Notes: generated by a model not told the origin, from the letters alone. A stretch of 64,000 bases of DNA from Candidatus Latescibacterota bacterium (GCA_965222075.1 OZ244937.1:3296001-3360000); one strand, 5' to 3'; numbered from the stretch's first letter, positions 27,788-38,133 are shown. Program-made: numbers and translations.

Positions 27788-29242
27788 TCACCGAACATCA
27801 TACCGCAGCGTTGCTACAAAAGCCCCGGTGAAAAAGAGCAGCCCCCACAGGGCCAGCACGCCGACATCGACCAAGGCCGCGTGCAGCTCATCTTCGGGCC
27901 AGGCCTCCCGGTAGATAAATCGGGGAAAACCGGAAATATCCCACTCATACCTCCCGTACTTATCCGGATTCGCCCGTTTCAAGGAATTCCCGTCGCTCCA
28001 CACCCTCACCCAGGCAAAGTACTGGTCCATAACATATCTGACGAAAGTGTCGTTAAACCTCCGGTGCCGCTCGATTCCAGTTCCGGCTAAGTTAACCGTA
28101 GCATTCTTGAAGGCAAACGCGGGGGAGATTCTTGCCAGTAAGACCGCCAGGTCCAGCCGAACCTGGTAAAGGTTGCTGAACCTTCGTTCAAGCTGATCCA
28201 CCTTGGGCCGGGATTCTGCCTGCACCCGGTCCCGGTTCTCCTGATAATTGAGGACGTCCGCCTCCCGTCCCTCCGGTGTATCGAGCCATCCCGGCGGCCT
28301 TATTCGCTCCTGCTCCTCCCTCCACTTCCTGCCCATCTCCCTCCATTTGAGTGAGTTGGGAGACGTAATCGACCGCACCTGCGCCTGGTGTTCGTGGATG
28401 GAAGGCGCAGGTCGGAATTGGTCGGCCACGATCAGGCTCAGACGCGGAACCACCACCACCGCTGCCACCCAGAATGTGAGCAGGAGAACAAACGAAGTCG
28501 CAGACCGGTGGGTGAGGCAGGAGGCCAGCAGGCCCGCGCAAGCGAAGACGGCAAGGTAGATGCCGAAAGCCGCAAGAATTACGCCCAGGCGCATCCACTC
28601 CAGACCGGTCATCTGCACACCCGGCAGCGCGATCAACACGCTGATCCCCAGCAGCAGAGGAAGCCCGAAAGCCGCAAGCGTGGGGATCAGTACCCCCAGC
28701 AACTTTCCCAGAACGAACCGGTAGCCGGGCACGGGAAAGGAGGCGGTCAGGCGGAGGGTGCCCCCTTTCTTCTCGCCACAGACCGCGTCGTAGGTCAAAA
28801 GCACCACGAACAGGCTCAACACGACCTCCACCACCAGCCCCAGGTCCAGCGGTGGAAAAACTCCCAGCACCGGCTCCGTCTCAACCGGACTCCGGCGCAG
28901 GCGCCGGACCTTCGTATACCCGGTGGACATGGCGCGCCCCAGCGTCGGGTCCAGGCCGCGAATGAAGATACAAAGCAGCGTGGAGGGTTTATGCTCCTCA
29001 AATCCGATCCCGGCCGTAACCCACACCGGGTTGTAGGACAACCCCTCGGCTGATTCCAGGTGCTTGATGCGCTCCTCTTTTGTCACTTCTGCCAGGCGGT
29101 ATTCCACCAGCCGGACCTGGTAGTACGCATACCCGTCATAGAGGCTCAACCAGATGGTGAGCGCTCCTATGAGCGACAGGACGAGGAACCGGAGGCTGAG
29201 GATATGATCCAGGATGTCTTTGCGGATGAGATGGCCGAGCAT
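27788..29242 (-). CDS. ABC-2-type permease, subtype B (pair 4)
   Basis: MLGHLIRKDILDHILSLRF; YDAVCGEKKGGTLRL; LRYDVR. Confidence 0.9.
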   Translation of the reverse strand: MLGHLIRKDILDHILSLRFLVLSLIGALTIWLSLYDGYAYYQVRLVEYRLAEVTKEERIKHLESAEGLSYNPVWVTAGIGFEEHKPSTLLCIFIRGLDPTLGRAMSTGYTKVRRLRRSPVETEPVLGVFPPLDLGLVVEVVLSLFVVLLTYDAVCGEKKGGTLRLTASFPVPGYRFVLGKLLGVLIPTLAAFGLPLLLGISVLIALPGVQMTGLEWMRLGVILAAFGIYLAVFACAGLLASCLTHRSATSFVLLLTFWVAAVVVVPRLSLIVADQFRPAPSIHEHQAQVRSITSPNSLKWREMGRKWREEQERIRPPGWLDTPEGREADVLNYQENRDRVQAESRPKVDQLERRFSNLYQVRLDLAVLLARISPAFAFKNATVNLAGTGIERHRRFNDTFVRYVMDQYFAWVRVWSDGNSLKRANPDKYGRYEWDISGFPRFIYREAWPEDELHAALVDVGVLALWGLLFFTGAFVATLRYDVR

Positions 29243-29400
29243 GGAGGGTCTTCCGGTGTCTGCTATGCGAAAAAATGGGGTTTTCTGTCTTCCCCGACGA
29301 TCTGCCTGTTCTACTATAAGACGTCAGCCGAAGATTTCAAGTTTCACCTTTCCTTCAGCAACGCCGATAACCGGGGCCCATGAGCATTCTGATGGAATAA

Positions 29401-29435
29401 TAACGCTTGACGCTAATAACGCAATACGTTATTAA
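29401..29435 (+). promoter_or_regulatory. TA-type promoter (TTGACG-N17-TATTAA) with two TAACG-N5-CG(T/C)TA operators
   Basis: Palindromes at 29401-29415 and 29417-29431 overlap the -35 box and spacer. Confidence 0.5.
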
Positions 29436-29604
29436 TGGAAAACGTTCCATTACCGCGGATACGGCTCTACGTCTTGGCCGCTACTTTGACATCTCACCAC
29501 AGTTCTGGCTCAACCTTCAGTCTCACTACGATCTGGAGGTTGAAAAAGACCGCCTGTCCGACTGCCTGGAACGGGAAGTGCGTGTTCTGAAGCCCACAGG
29601 TTGA
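29431..29604 (+). pseudogene. higA: HigA antitoxin, C-terminal half only
   Basis: INGKRSITADTALRLGRYFDISPQFWLNLQSHYDL; the N-terminal HPGE/HTH part is absent. Confidence 0.8.
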
Positions 29605-29759
29605 TGGCTCCGGCGCAAGCTCAGCGCCGACCAGGACCTTTCCCGCCCGTCTCACTTCGCGACATCTATCCTGTAAATATCGCTTCAGATAACGGCAGGC
29701 ATGCTGTATATTTCTCTATGGAATCTTTCGGCGGCATCTTCGAACAAGAAGGAGCGCCC

Positions 29760-30428
29760 ATGAATGCGAAGCATACAATCCACATTGGCAATGTCGTCCG
29801 CAACGCAGTTGTATTCAACTTTAGAAACTGGTCTGGAGGCACAGAAATGAACACCGATGCCCTGCTCCAGGCCGTTGTCCAGCTCTTCGCGTTGCTGCAC
29901 GAACGGCAGATCGAATACGTGCTGGTAGGCGGCGTTGCCTTGCGCCATTATGTAGACAGCCGCAATACGGAAGACATTGACCTCATTATGGCATTGTCCG
30001 ATTTGCAAAAACTGCCCGAAATTGAAATCGCCGACCGGGAGGAATACTTTGCCCGGGGAAACTACGATGAATTGCGGGTCGACGTTCTCCTGAGCCACAA
30101 TCCCCTCTTCGGCAAGGTACAAAGCAGATATTCCACGGTCCAACCCTTTATGGAGCGGGACATTGTATGCGCCACCGTAGAGGGCCTGTTGCTACTCAAA
30201 CTGTACGCCCTGCCCTCCCTCTACCGTCAGGGCAACTTTACGCGTGTTGCGCTCTGCGAGAACGACATCGCCACCCTCATGTACGAGTATCAACCTGAAC
30301 CGGCGCCCCTGTTTGATGAACTTTCCCACCACCTCAGGGATTCCGCCCTGGCCTCAGTACGTGAAATCACAACCGAAATCCAGCAGCGAATCGACCGCTT
30401 CCGCCAGACCTCCGGCGATGGCGAATAA
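29760..30428 (+). CDS. nucleotidyltransferase-family protein
   Basis: YVLVGGVAL..RNTEDIDL motif, L.LLKL; SD GAAGGAG. Confidence 0.75.
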   Translation: MNAKHTIHIGNVVRNAVVFNFRNWSGGTEMNTDALLQAVVQLFALLHERQIEYVLVGGVALRHYVDSRNTEDIDLIMALSDLQKLPEIEIADREEYFARGNYDELRVDVLLSHNPLFGKVQSRYSTVQPFMERDIVCATVEGLLLLKLYALPSLYRQGNFTRVALCENDIATLMYEYQPEPAPLFDELSHHLRDSALASVREITTEIQQRIDRFRQTSGDGE

Positions 30429-30464
30429 ATAATGGGCCAACACAAAAGAAAGGAAACCGGCCAG

Positions 30465-31424
30465 ATGTCACAAGAAGCCGTCCGGTCACGAACCGTCCAG
30501 ATCGACGATATCACCCTTCACCTCAGCCGGCCCGTGCTGACCCATCAGGAATGGATCGGCCAGACCGACGTCCTCAAGCAGCTGCTCGCCTGCTTCCTCG
30601 TCGTCCACGAATCGGACCTGCCCCTCTCCCCCCGGCTGGTCGGCCCCCCCGGCATCGGCAAGACCACCCTGGGCATGGCCGCCGCGAAACTCCGTAGCCA
30701 GAACCTCTACATCTACCAGTGTACCAGCGACACCCGGCCCGAAGACCTCCTGGTCACCCCTGTCCTGGCGGAATCGGGCAAAATCGTCTACCACGCCTCG
30801 CCCCTCGTCACGGCAATGGTCACCGGCGGCATCTGCCTTTTAGACGAAGGCAACCGGATGAACGAAAAAAGCTGGGCCTCGCTCGCCCCCCTCTTGGACC
30901 ACCGGCGCTTCGTCGAATCCGTCATCGCCGGCATCACCGTTCCCGCTCACCTCGACTTCCGCTGCTGCGTCACCATGAACGACGACGAATCCACCTACGA
31001 AGTCCCCGACTACATCCTCTCCCGGCTGCAACCCACCCTCGCGGTCGGCTTCCCCAACCGGGAGGATGAAATGGCCATCCTCCGCTACCACCTCCCCTTT
31101 GCCGAGGAGGACATGCTCAACCTCACCGTGAACTTCCTGCAGCAGGCGCACGGCCTCAACCTGGAATTCTCCCCCCGCGACGGCATCCACATCCTCCAGT
31201 ACGCCCTCAAACGCCTCTCCCAGGACCCGGACCACCCCCTCAGCAGGGACGCCGCCTGGCGCGAAGCCCTCGAACGGGTGCTGGGAGAAGAGGCCCTCGA
31301 CTTAGACAGCTTGGCCGAGCAACGCCAGCGCGCCCTGGGCAGCGAAATCCCCGGCCTCAGCCTCGGCGGCTTCTTCTTCGGCGCCGACGACCCCTTAAAC
31401 CCCGACGCGGACGAAGAGAATTAG
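30465..31424 (+). CDS. MoxR-like AAA+ ATPase
   Basis: [29 protein letters not shown]. Confidence 0.88.
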   Translation: MSQEAVRSRTVQIDDITLHLSRPVLTHQEWIGQTDVLKQLLACFLVVHESDLPLSPRLVGPPGIGKTTLGMAAAKLRSQNLYIYQCTSDTRPEDLLVTPVLAESGKIVYHASPLVTAMVTGGICLLDEGNRMNEKSWASLAPLLDHRRFVESVIAGITVPAHLDFRCCVTMNDDESTYEVPDYILSRLQPTLAVGFPNREDEMAILRYHLPFAEEDMLNLTVNFLQQAHGLNLEFSPRDGIHILQYALKRLSQDPDHPLSRDAAWREALERVLGEEALDLDSLAEQRQRALGSEIPGLSLGGFFFGADDPLNPDADEEN

Positions 31425-31430
31425 AAACCC

Positions 31431-33275
31431 GTGGCCCCCTCCATCTTCGACCTCAGCCCACATCTCACCCTCCTGCCCGTCCTCCACGGCAGCGGAGACT
31501 TTGCCTTAGAAATCCGCAAACGCCTCCTCACGGCGACCTGCGACTGTCTGGCCCTACCCCTGCCGCCCGCCTTTGAAGACGGCATCGAAGAGGCGGTCGG
31601 CCACCTCCCGGGCATCCACATTGTCGCCCAGCGCGAGGGAGGGATAAGCGGCGATCCCACGGCCTACACCTGCGTTCCCATCGACCCCTGCCAGCCCGTC
31701 ATCGCCGGGGTTCGCACCGCCATCAAAGCGGGCATCCCGAGGGCTTACATCGACCTGGAAGTGGACACCTACATCGAACAGGCCACGGTCCTGCCCGATC
31801 CTTATGCCCTCAAAGAGGTCCCCTTAGAGAAATTCGCCGCCGCCGTCCTTACCGGACTGCCCAAACCCGACCCGGGCGGCCAGCAAATGGCCCGCACCCG
31901 CTGGATGGCCTCCCAGCTCCACCGGCTCGAACTCGATTACGACCGCATCCTGGCCCTCTGCTCAATCGCCGACTGGCCCTGGATCCGTGACGCCTACGCC
32001 CAGCGGCTGCCCTACCCGGACCCCTCGCCCCCACCCTGGCCTCCGGAGATCTTCCGGGTTGTCCCCGACAGCCTCTACTTCATCATGGGCGAACTCCCCT
32101 TCATCACCGCCCTCTACGAACACCGCCGCGCCGAACTCATGTCCGAACGCACCCTCGCCATCGACGGCATCAAGGCCCTCCTCTTAGAGGCCCGAAGCGC
32201 CTGGGTGGCAAAACATGACCTCAAACACCACTGGCTCACCCCCCAGGCCCTCGCGCTCGCCCTGCGCTACATCCGCAACCTCACCCTCTTAGACCGGCGC
32301 ATGACCCCCGACCTCTACACCCTCGCCCTGGCCGCCAAACAGATCGGCGGAGACGCCTTTGCTATCGCCCTCATCGAAACCGCCCGCAGCTATGCGCCCC
32401 AAATCCTCCCGACTCCCTTTTCCGACATCCCCATCGGCATAGGGAACGCCGCCTTCCCCACCGGCGAAGCCGACGTTAAAAACCGCCTGAAGGGAATCGA
32501 CACCCAATGGCGCAGTCTGCCCCTGAGACCGTCGCCTCCCCCCGAAAAGAAGCAGGAGTGGAAAATGCAGTGGGACCCGCACCAGCAGTGCTCCCACCTC
32601 CCCGAAGACGAAAAGATCGAAAGCTTCAACGCCCACGTCCGCGAACAGGCCCGGCAGCTCATCGGCCAGGACCTGGCCCGCACCGAAAAATTCACCACCT
32701 CGCTCAAAGACGGGCTCGACATCCGGGAGACCCTCCGAAACTGGCACACCGGCGACATCTACGTCAAAGAACTGCCCCCCTCGCGGGGAACCGTCGAAAT
32801 CGTCGTCTTCCTCTTTGAAAGCCCCGCCGACCCGGACAAATATCCCTGGCGCGCCACCTGGTACGCCGAGCACGTGGAAGAATCCACCCTCTGCTTCTTC
32901 GCCACCAACTTCCTGGACAACACCATCGGCCCCGGCATCGGCCAGGCCGTCTACGGCGGCTGTTCCCTCCTCTTCCCCCCCCGGCCGATTCCCGACATCT
33001 GGACCGACCCCCGCTTCAACGAGGCGCAAACCCCCGAAGAACGCCTCCTGTCCGGCGCCCTCTACCACTCCCTGGAAAAACGGGTTGCCCTCGTCGCTCC
33101 CCACCCGCCCACAGCGCGCTGGCGCCACATCGCGAAACGCTACAAAAAACAGATCGTCTACATCCCACTCAAACGCTTCTCCTCCCAGACCCTGGACCGC
33201 CTGCGGATCTTCCACGTCCTCAACGGCCGGGAGATCCGCTCCTACGCCGCGAAATATATCCGCGATTTTCGATAA
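31431..33275 (+). CDS. conserved hypothetical protein, MoxR partner
   Basis: Operonic with the ATPase; N-term PVLHGS..ALPLP (TraB/DUF5682-like); GLDIRETLR motif. Confidence 0.8.
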   Translation: MAPSIFDLSPHLTLLPVLHGSGDFALEIRKRLLTATCDCLALPLPPAFEDGIEEAVGHLPGIHIVAQREGGISGDPTAYTCVPIDPCQPVIAGVRTAIKAGIPRAYIDLEVDTYIEQATVLPDPYALKEVPLEKFAAAVLTGLPKPDPGGQQMARTRWMASQLHRLELDYDRILALCSIADWPWIRDAYAQRLPYPDPSPPPWPPEIFRVVPDSLYFIMGELPFITALYEHRRAELMSERTLAIDGIKALLLEARSAWVAKHDLKHHWLTPQALALALRYIRNLTLLDRRMTPDLYTLALAAKQIGGDAFAIALIETARSYAPQILPTPFSDIPIGIGNAAFPTGEADVKNRLKGIDTQWRSLPLRPSPPPEKKQEWKMQWDPHQQCSHLPEDEKIESFNAHVREQARQLIGQDLARTEKFTTSLKDGLDIRETLRNWHTGDIYVKELPPSRGTVEIVVFLFESPADPDKYPWRATWYAEHVEESTLCFFATNFLDNTIGPGIGQAVYGGCSLLFPPRPIPDIWTDPRFNEAQTPEERLLSGALYHSLEKRVALVAPHPPTARWRHIAKRYKKQIVYIPLKRFSSQTLDRLRIFHVLNGREIRSYAAKYIRDFR

Positions 33276-33375
33276 AACGATCACGATCTCTGAAATCCGG
33301 CCTCGTACGCCTGTTGGCGGTGAATAAGCGCGTTCGGTGTATCCAGGTCCGGAGGCCTCACAGAGCGACGCGGGC

Positions 33376-33414
33376 AAAAAGAATCCCATCGGAAGCGACT
33401 CCGATGGGATTTTC
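33376..33414. terminator. bidirectional intrinsic terminator
   Basis: 12-bp stem AATCCCATCGGA/TCCGATGGGATT with A/T runs, between convergent genes. Confidence 0.8.
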
Positions 33415-33441
33415 GTATATTCCAGCCTTTTTTTATAATCG

Positions 33442-34923
33442 TCACAGCCTGCGGATTATTTCATTGGCCTTTTCCTCATAAATCTGCTGCCATTGCGGGG
33501 CCAACAGGCACTCCGTTACTTCGTACCCTCCCTTGCTGTAGTCGGCTGCAGGGGGACCGTAGTGGATATAGCCATTGGAAAAGGCCGCCATAAAGGTGTG
33601 TTTATAGGACGAGGCCCTCTTGACATTCAGGCCGACTTCGACGAGCACCTCCGCCGGGGAAGTGATCAACACGCAGTCTCCGATTTTAATGCCCTGCACC
33701 TCGGTCGATATGGTCGCCTCGCCGGCTTCGTCGTTGATCGCCTGATGCCTCTTCAACGTACCTATCTTATCCTGGATTCTTGCCAATTTCTCCATGGCGT
33801 AAATGTTGTTGAGATATTTCTCAATATTTCTCCTGTTTCCAGAATCCAGAGCGGAAAGCTCATCGGTGCCCACCTCTTCAGCCTGCAGATACCTGTAGGA
33901 ATAATACGACGGGTAGTCGGGACTAAGCGCATATTTGATGTACAAAGGCAGGAAGGTCTTGATGTTCAGGCTGGTAAACCTCAAAGATTCCAGCAGCTCG
34001 GCCTGCTCCTGCTGCAGCGATTCAATACGTTCAGGAATATCGGTTCTTCGGGGAAGCGCTATTGTTTCAGAAATGACACTCAGCTTTGCATCTTCAGTCT
34101 GTATATCTCTCAGCGCTTTCAAGGTGCTCAGGCCCAGCATTGTGCCCAGCGGTTCGGCGTCTCTGGGGCGGTTGACGTCTTTATAGAGTACCTCGGTAAT
34201 GTCCCCGGCCGCTCCCTGTAAGAACAGCGCCATCACACCATTTCCCAGGTTCTCTTCGATAACTTTTGAGGCAAAACCCGGAAAATCGGCTGTAACCCCT
34301 CCCCGGGGAACGCCGATATAGGGATGACAGGCGAAATTATAGACCACGGCCAGCGGCCGACCGTCCATTCGGTCTATTCGAAGAATGCCTATTTCAGGGT
34401 CAATTGGCCCAACACCTGCGACCTCTTCGTCCGGCGGGCAGGGGTTGGCGTGGCGGATCGTCCACCATGTGCCGTTCTTCAGTCTGAGGGTTCGGTTCAT
34501 CATGATCCTGTCTTCATAGCCCAGACCCGTGCCGACCTTTACCGCTGTCATATTCTGCCGAGCCCGGCGGACCGCATCGAACGTTCTGTCAACCTGGCTG
34601 ACGTCGTCGCACAACAGCCGGCCCGGCGGGTGGGTGTGAGAGGCGTTGACCAGAACGTTGCGGTCGGCGATTTTTAACTCCTTCTGAATTCTGCTGCGCA
34701 GCTTCGGCAGAAAATCGTCTCCGATATCGCCTATACCACCTATTGCCGTAGCGTCCATTGCAATAATGGCTACCTTTGTCCTGCCGTCGTCCAAAACCAG
34801 GGCTTTGGCGTATAACGGGTCATGAATCACGGCCTCTTTCGCATCGGTGGTAATATTGCTCCTGGCCACGCCGGCACGCAAAAAACCGGTCTCTAAAAAC
34901 TGCTGTCTGTTCAAACCGCCCAT
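33442..34923 (-). CDS. neutral/alkaline ceramidase-like hydrolase
   Basis: LRAGVA..IT, HDPLYAKALVL, ASHTH, NFACHP, ADFPG, QGAAGD, GGYE. Confidence 0.8.
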   Translation of the reverse strand: MGGLNRQQFLETGFLRAGVARSNITTDAKEAVIHDPLYAKALVLDDGRTKVAIIAMDATAIGGIGDIGDDFLPKLRSRIQKELKIADRNVLVNASHTHPPGRLLCDDVSQVDRTFDAVRRARQNMTAVKVGTGLGYEDRIMMNRTLRLKNGTWWTIRHANPCPPDEEVAGVGPIDPEIGILRIDRMDGRPLAVVYNFACHPYIGVPRGGVTADFPGFASKVIEENLGNGVMALFLQGAAGDITEVLYKDVNRPRDAEPLGTMLGLSTLKALRDIQTEDAKLSVISETIALPRRTDIPERIESLQQEQAELLESLRFTSLNIKTFLPLYIKYALSPDYPSYYSYRYLQAEEVGTDELSALDSGNRRNIEKYLNNIYAMEKLARIQDKIGTLKRHQAINDEAGEATISTEVQGIKIGDCVLITSPAEVLVEVGLNVKRASSYKHTFMAAFSNGYIHYGPPAADYSKGGYEVTECLLAPQWQQIYEEKANEIIRRL

Positions 34924-34924
34924 T

Positions 34925-35803
34925 TTAATTCCCGTCACGTGTTAAGCCCGGAATCGGCCACGCAGTACTGAACCCGTGCTGCTCCAGGATATCGATCCCT
35001 CTCCTTACGTGCAGACCAACTCCGGCCACACCGTGTGAGTCATCTCCCGGCACACAGGGAATCCCAAGCTCGAAGGCCATCTCCAGAATCGATCCGGAGA
35101 CATAGGGTTCGCTTCCTCCCTTTTCAAATGCTCTGAGATTGAAGTCCAGAATCGACTCAAGTTCTTTGATCCTCTCAAGGTTTCTCCGGATTCGCCCTTT
35201 GACCTCAGGACGCTCCAGTCGTCCGTGATAGTCCTGATCGTGCATCCGAATCAGATCGAAGTGCCCGACCACTTCCGGCTGGAGTACCTCCAACAGCTCG
35301 TACTGCTGGTCGAAGTATTCGCAAAACAGCGCATCAATACCCCCGACCTCCTCAACGGCACGGGCATACAACGCTGGCGAACCATCGATGGGTATATCCC
35401 TGACATGGTGAACAGAGCCGACAATATAGTCAGGTTGAAACCGACTCCGCAGACCCTCAACATGTGCTTCATAGCCGGTGCAACACTCCGTTTCGAATCC
35501 AACCAGCACCCGAATGGCGTCTCGATACCTGTTCTGGAGCTTGCGTGCGACGGAGATATACTCAGCGAAGCGTGCCAACATCGACTCCGGCGTGTATCCC
35601 TCTTCAATCTCATCAGGATAGAGAAACGCCGCTGAAACGGGAGGGATATGTTCGGTAATACCCACCCATTCGAAGCCCTTGCGGATGTAGGAGCGGACGA
35701 TCTCCTCAAGTGAATCCGATGCGTGACAGCAGAACTCACCGCTGTGTCCGCCGTGTATGGACACAAGCGCAGCCGATGTCGGGTCCGGTTCCTTCACGTC
35801 CAC
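34925..35803 (-). CDS. histidinol-phosphatase, PHP/HisJ family
   Basis: HGGHSGEFC.HA, ITEH, VGSVHH, GHFDL, GDDSH. Confidence 0.88.
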   Translation of the reverse strand: MDVKEPDPTSAALVSIHGGHSGEFCCHASDSLEEIVRSYIRKGFEWVGITEHIPPVSAAFLYPDEIEEGYTPESMLARFAEYISVARKLQNRYRDAIRVLVGFETECCTGYEAHVEGLRSRFQPDYIVGSVHHVRDIPIDGSPALYARAVEEVGGIDALFCEYFDQQYELLEVLQPEVVGHFDLIRMHDQDYHGRLERPEVKGRIRRNLERIKELESILDFNLRAFEKGGSEPYVSGSILEMAFELGIPCVPGDDSHGVAGVGLHVRRGIDILEQHGFSTAWPIPGLTRDGN

Positions 35804-36051
35804 CTCCCTATGGGCACAAAGCTTTCTCCTCAGCTACATAACATGCCAGGATAAATGCCTCCAGTCAAGTAAGAAGCTGTCTTAAAATCCCCAGCGGTCT
35901 TCACGCGGATGCTTCCCCCGCAACCCGTAGCCAAAAATGCACGCCGGGCGGTTTTCGGTCCACATCAGCACCGGTTCGGACCTCGCACGTGCGGAATTGT
36001 GGAATGCTGAAAGATTGTTTTTTTCTGAAAAATTGTATTATCATGTAAAAT

Positions 36052-36072
36052 GGGCGAACACAAGGTTCGCCC
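36052..36072. repeat. REP-like palindrome GGGCGAAC-ACAAG-GTTCGCCC
   Basis: Perfect 8-bp stem of a widespread REP-like element type. Confidence 0.6.
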
Positions 36073-36123
36073 CTGCGGTGCCTCTGTACACCCTGCCATT
36101 TCCATATTCCGGAGGTCTCACAG

Positions 36124-37083
36124 ATGAAACTCGCCCTCGTTTTGCGCCCCCTTGCCGAAGAGCGCCTGAAACTGGCCAGACAGATCGGCGTCACTGACAT
36201 CGTCACCGTCCTGCCGCAGGAAGACCAGAGTGGACCGGTGTGGGACTTCCATGCCATCCTCCAGCACCGGAAACGTGTCGAAGACGCCGGGCTCACCTGG
36301 TCTGTCGTCGAATCGGTGCCCATCTCCGACCGTATCAAACTGGGCCTCGAAGGCCGGGACGCTGACATCGACGCTTACTGCCAGACGGTTCGGAACCTCG
36401 GCGCGGCAGGCATCCCCATCATGTGTTACAACTGGATGGCCGTCTTCAACTGGATACGCACCTCCGTAACCACCCGCACCCGGGGCGATGCCCTTGCCAG
36501 CAGCTACGATCACAGCCTGATGGCAAACGCCGCGCTGACAAAATACGGAGAGGTCTCTGAAGAACGGCTTTGGGACACCCTGGAATACTTCCTCAAACGC
36601 GTTATCCCCGTCGCCGAAGAGGCCGGCGTCAGGCAGGCCCTCCATCCGGACGACCCGCCCCTCTCCCCGATCCGGGGCATCTCCCGCATCGTCACCAGCG
36701 TACAGGCCTTCGACCGCGTGCTCGACATGCTCCCCAGCGATTACAACGGCATCACCTTCTGCCAGGGCAACTTCGCCGCCATGGGCGTGGATGTGCCTGA
36801 AACCATCCGCCGCTTCGGAAAACAGGACAAAATCCCCTTCGCCCACTTCCGGGACGTCAGAGGAACCGTCCCCACCTTTGAAGAAACCTTCCACGACGAC
36901 GGCGACACCGACATGGCCGAATGCATCCGCGCCTACCGGGACGTCGGCTTCGACGGTCCCGTCCGCCCCGACCACGTCCCCACCCTGGAAGGCGAGGCCA
37001 ACGACACCCCCGGCTACACGCTTATGGGCCGGCTCTATGCAATCGGATATATGAAGGGACTCCTCCACGCTACAACAGCGTAA
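36124..37083 (+). CDS. uxuA: mannonate dehydratase
   Basis: WSVVES, CYNWM, ALHPDDPP, FCQGNF, HFRDV, RPDHVP, GRLYAIGY. Confidence 0.92.
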   Translation: MKLALVLRPLAEERLKLARQIGVTDIVTVLPQEDQSGPVWDFHAILQHRKRVEDAGLTWSVVESVPISDRIKLGLEGRDADIDAYCQTVRNLGAAGIPIMCYNWMAVFNWIRTSVTTRTRGDALASSYDHSLMANAALTKYGEVSEERLWDTLEYFLKRVIPVAEEAGVRQALHPDDPPLSPIRGISRIVTSVQAFDRVLDMLPSDYNGITFCQGNFAAMGVDVPETIRRFGKQDKIPFAHFRDVRGTVPTFEETFHDDGDTDMAECIRAYRDVGFDGPVRPDHVPTLEGEANDTPGYTLMGRLYAIGYMKGLLHATTA

Positions 37084-37099
37084 AACCAGGAACCTGAAA

Positions 37100-38071
37100 A
37101 TGCGCGACATCAAAATCGGCGCGGCCCAGTTCGAGTCCCGGGACGCCGACAAGGCCTACAACCTCTCCCGGATCCAAGCCCTCACGCAGAAAGCCGTAGA
37201 GGAGGGCGCCGAAACCGTCTCCTTCCACGAATGCTGCATCCCCGGCTACACCTTCCTGCAGACCCTCTCCAGGAGCCGCCTGGTCGAACTGGCCGAACCC
37301 GTGCCCGGCGGCCCTTCCACAAAGCGCCTCATCCAGATCGCCCGGGAATACAACGTCTCCCTCCTGGCTGGCCTCCTCGAAATCGAAAACCGCGTCCTCT
37401 ACAACACCTGCGTCGCCGTCACCCCCGACGGCTTTCTGACCAAACACCGGAAACTCCACGCCTTCATCAGCAAATTCATCTCCTCCGGCGACCGCTTCAC
37501 CGTTTTCGACCTGTGCGACTGCAGGGTCGGCATCCTCACCTGCTACGACAACAACCTTCCCGAAAACGTGCGCATCACCGCCATGATGGGCGCCGAAATC
37601 ATCTTCATGCCCCACGTCACCTGCGGCCTCGAATCGGCCATGCCCGGCCGGGGCAAGATCAACCGGGAAATCTGGGAAAACCGTCACCGCGACCCCGTCC
37701 GCTGCCGCCAGGAATTCCTGGGTCCCAAAGGCCGCGGCTGGCTCATGCGCTGGCTGCCCGCTCGCGCCTACGAAAACGGTGTCTACGCCGTCTACACCAA
37801 CCCCATCGGCATCGACCACGACACGGTAAAAAACGGCAACGCCATGATCATCGACCCCTTCGGCGAAATCCTGATCGAATCCCACGCCCTGGAAGATGAC
37901 GTCGTCGTCGGCCACCTCACTCCCGAAAAGATCCCGGTCTCTTCCGGATACCGCTACCTCCGCGCCCGCCGCCCCGAACTCTACGGCAAACTGGTCGAGC
38001 CCCTGCCCCCTGACATGCAGCAGGGAACCCATCCGGGGTGGAAACTCGCAGAACCCGAACCGGAAGCCTGA
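37100..38071 (+). CDS. nitrilase/carbon-nitrogen hydrolase family protein
   Basis: E-K-C triad: FHEC, RKLH, TCYD; ARAYEN; RRPELY. Confidence 0.92.
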   Translation: MRDIKIGAAQFESRDADKAYNLSRIQALTQKAVEEGAETVSFHECCIPGYTFLQTLSRSRLVELAEPVPGGPSTKRLIQIAREYNVSLLAGLLEIENRVLYNTCVAVTPDGFLTKHRKLHAFISKFISSGDRFTVFDLCDCRVGILTCYDNNLPENVRITAMMGAEIIFMPHVTCGLESAMPGRGKINREIWENRHRDPVRCRQEFLGPKGRGWLMRWLPARAYENGVYAVYTNPIGIDHDTVKNGNAMIIDPFGEILIESHALEDDVVVGHLTPEKIPVSSGYRYLRARRPELYGKLVEPLPPDMQQGTHPGWKLAEPEPEA

Positions 38072-38133
38072 GGAATCGATTTTACCGAAATGGAGGGACG
38101 GTCGGCCGGTCACCCCCACCCCGGGAACCCAAT

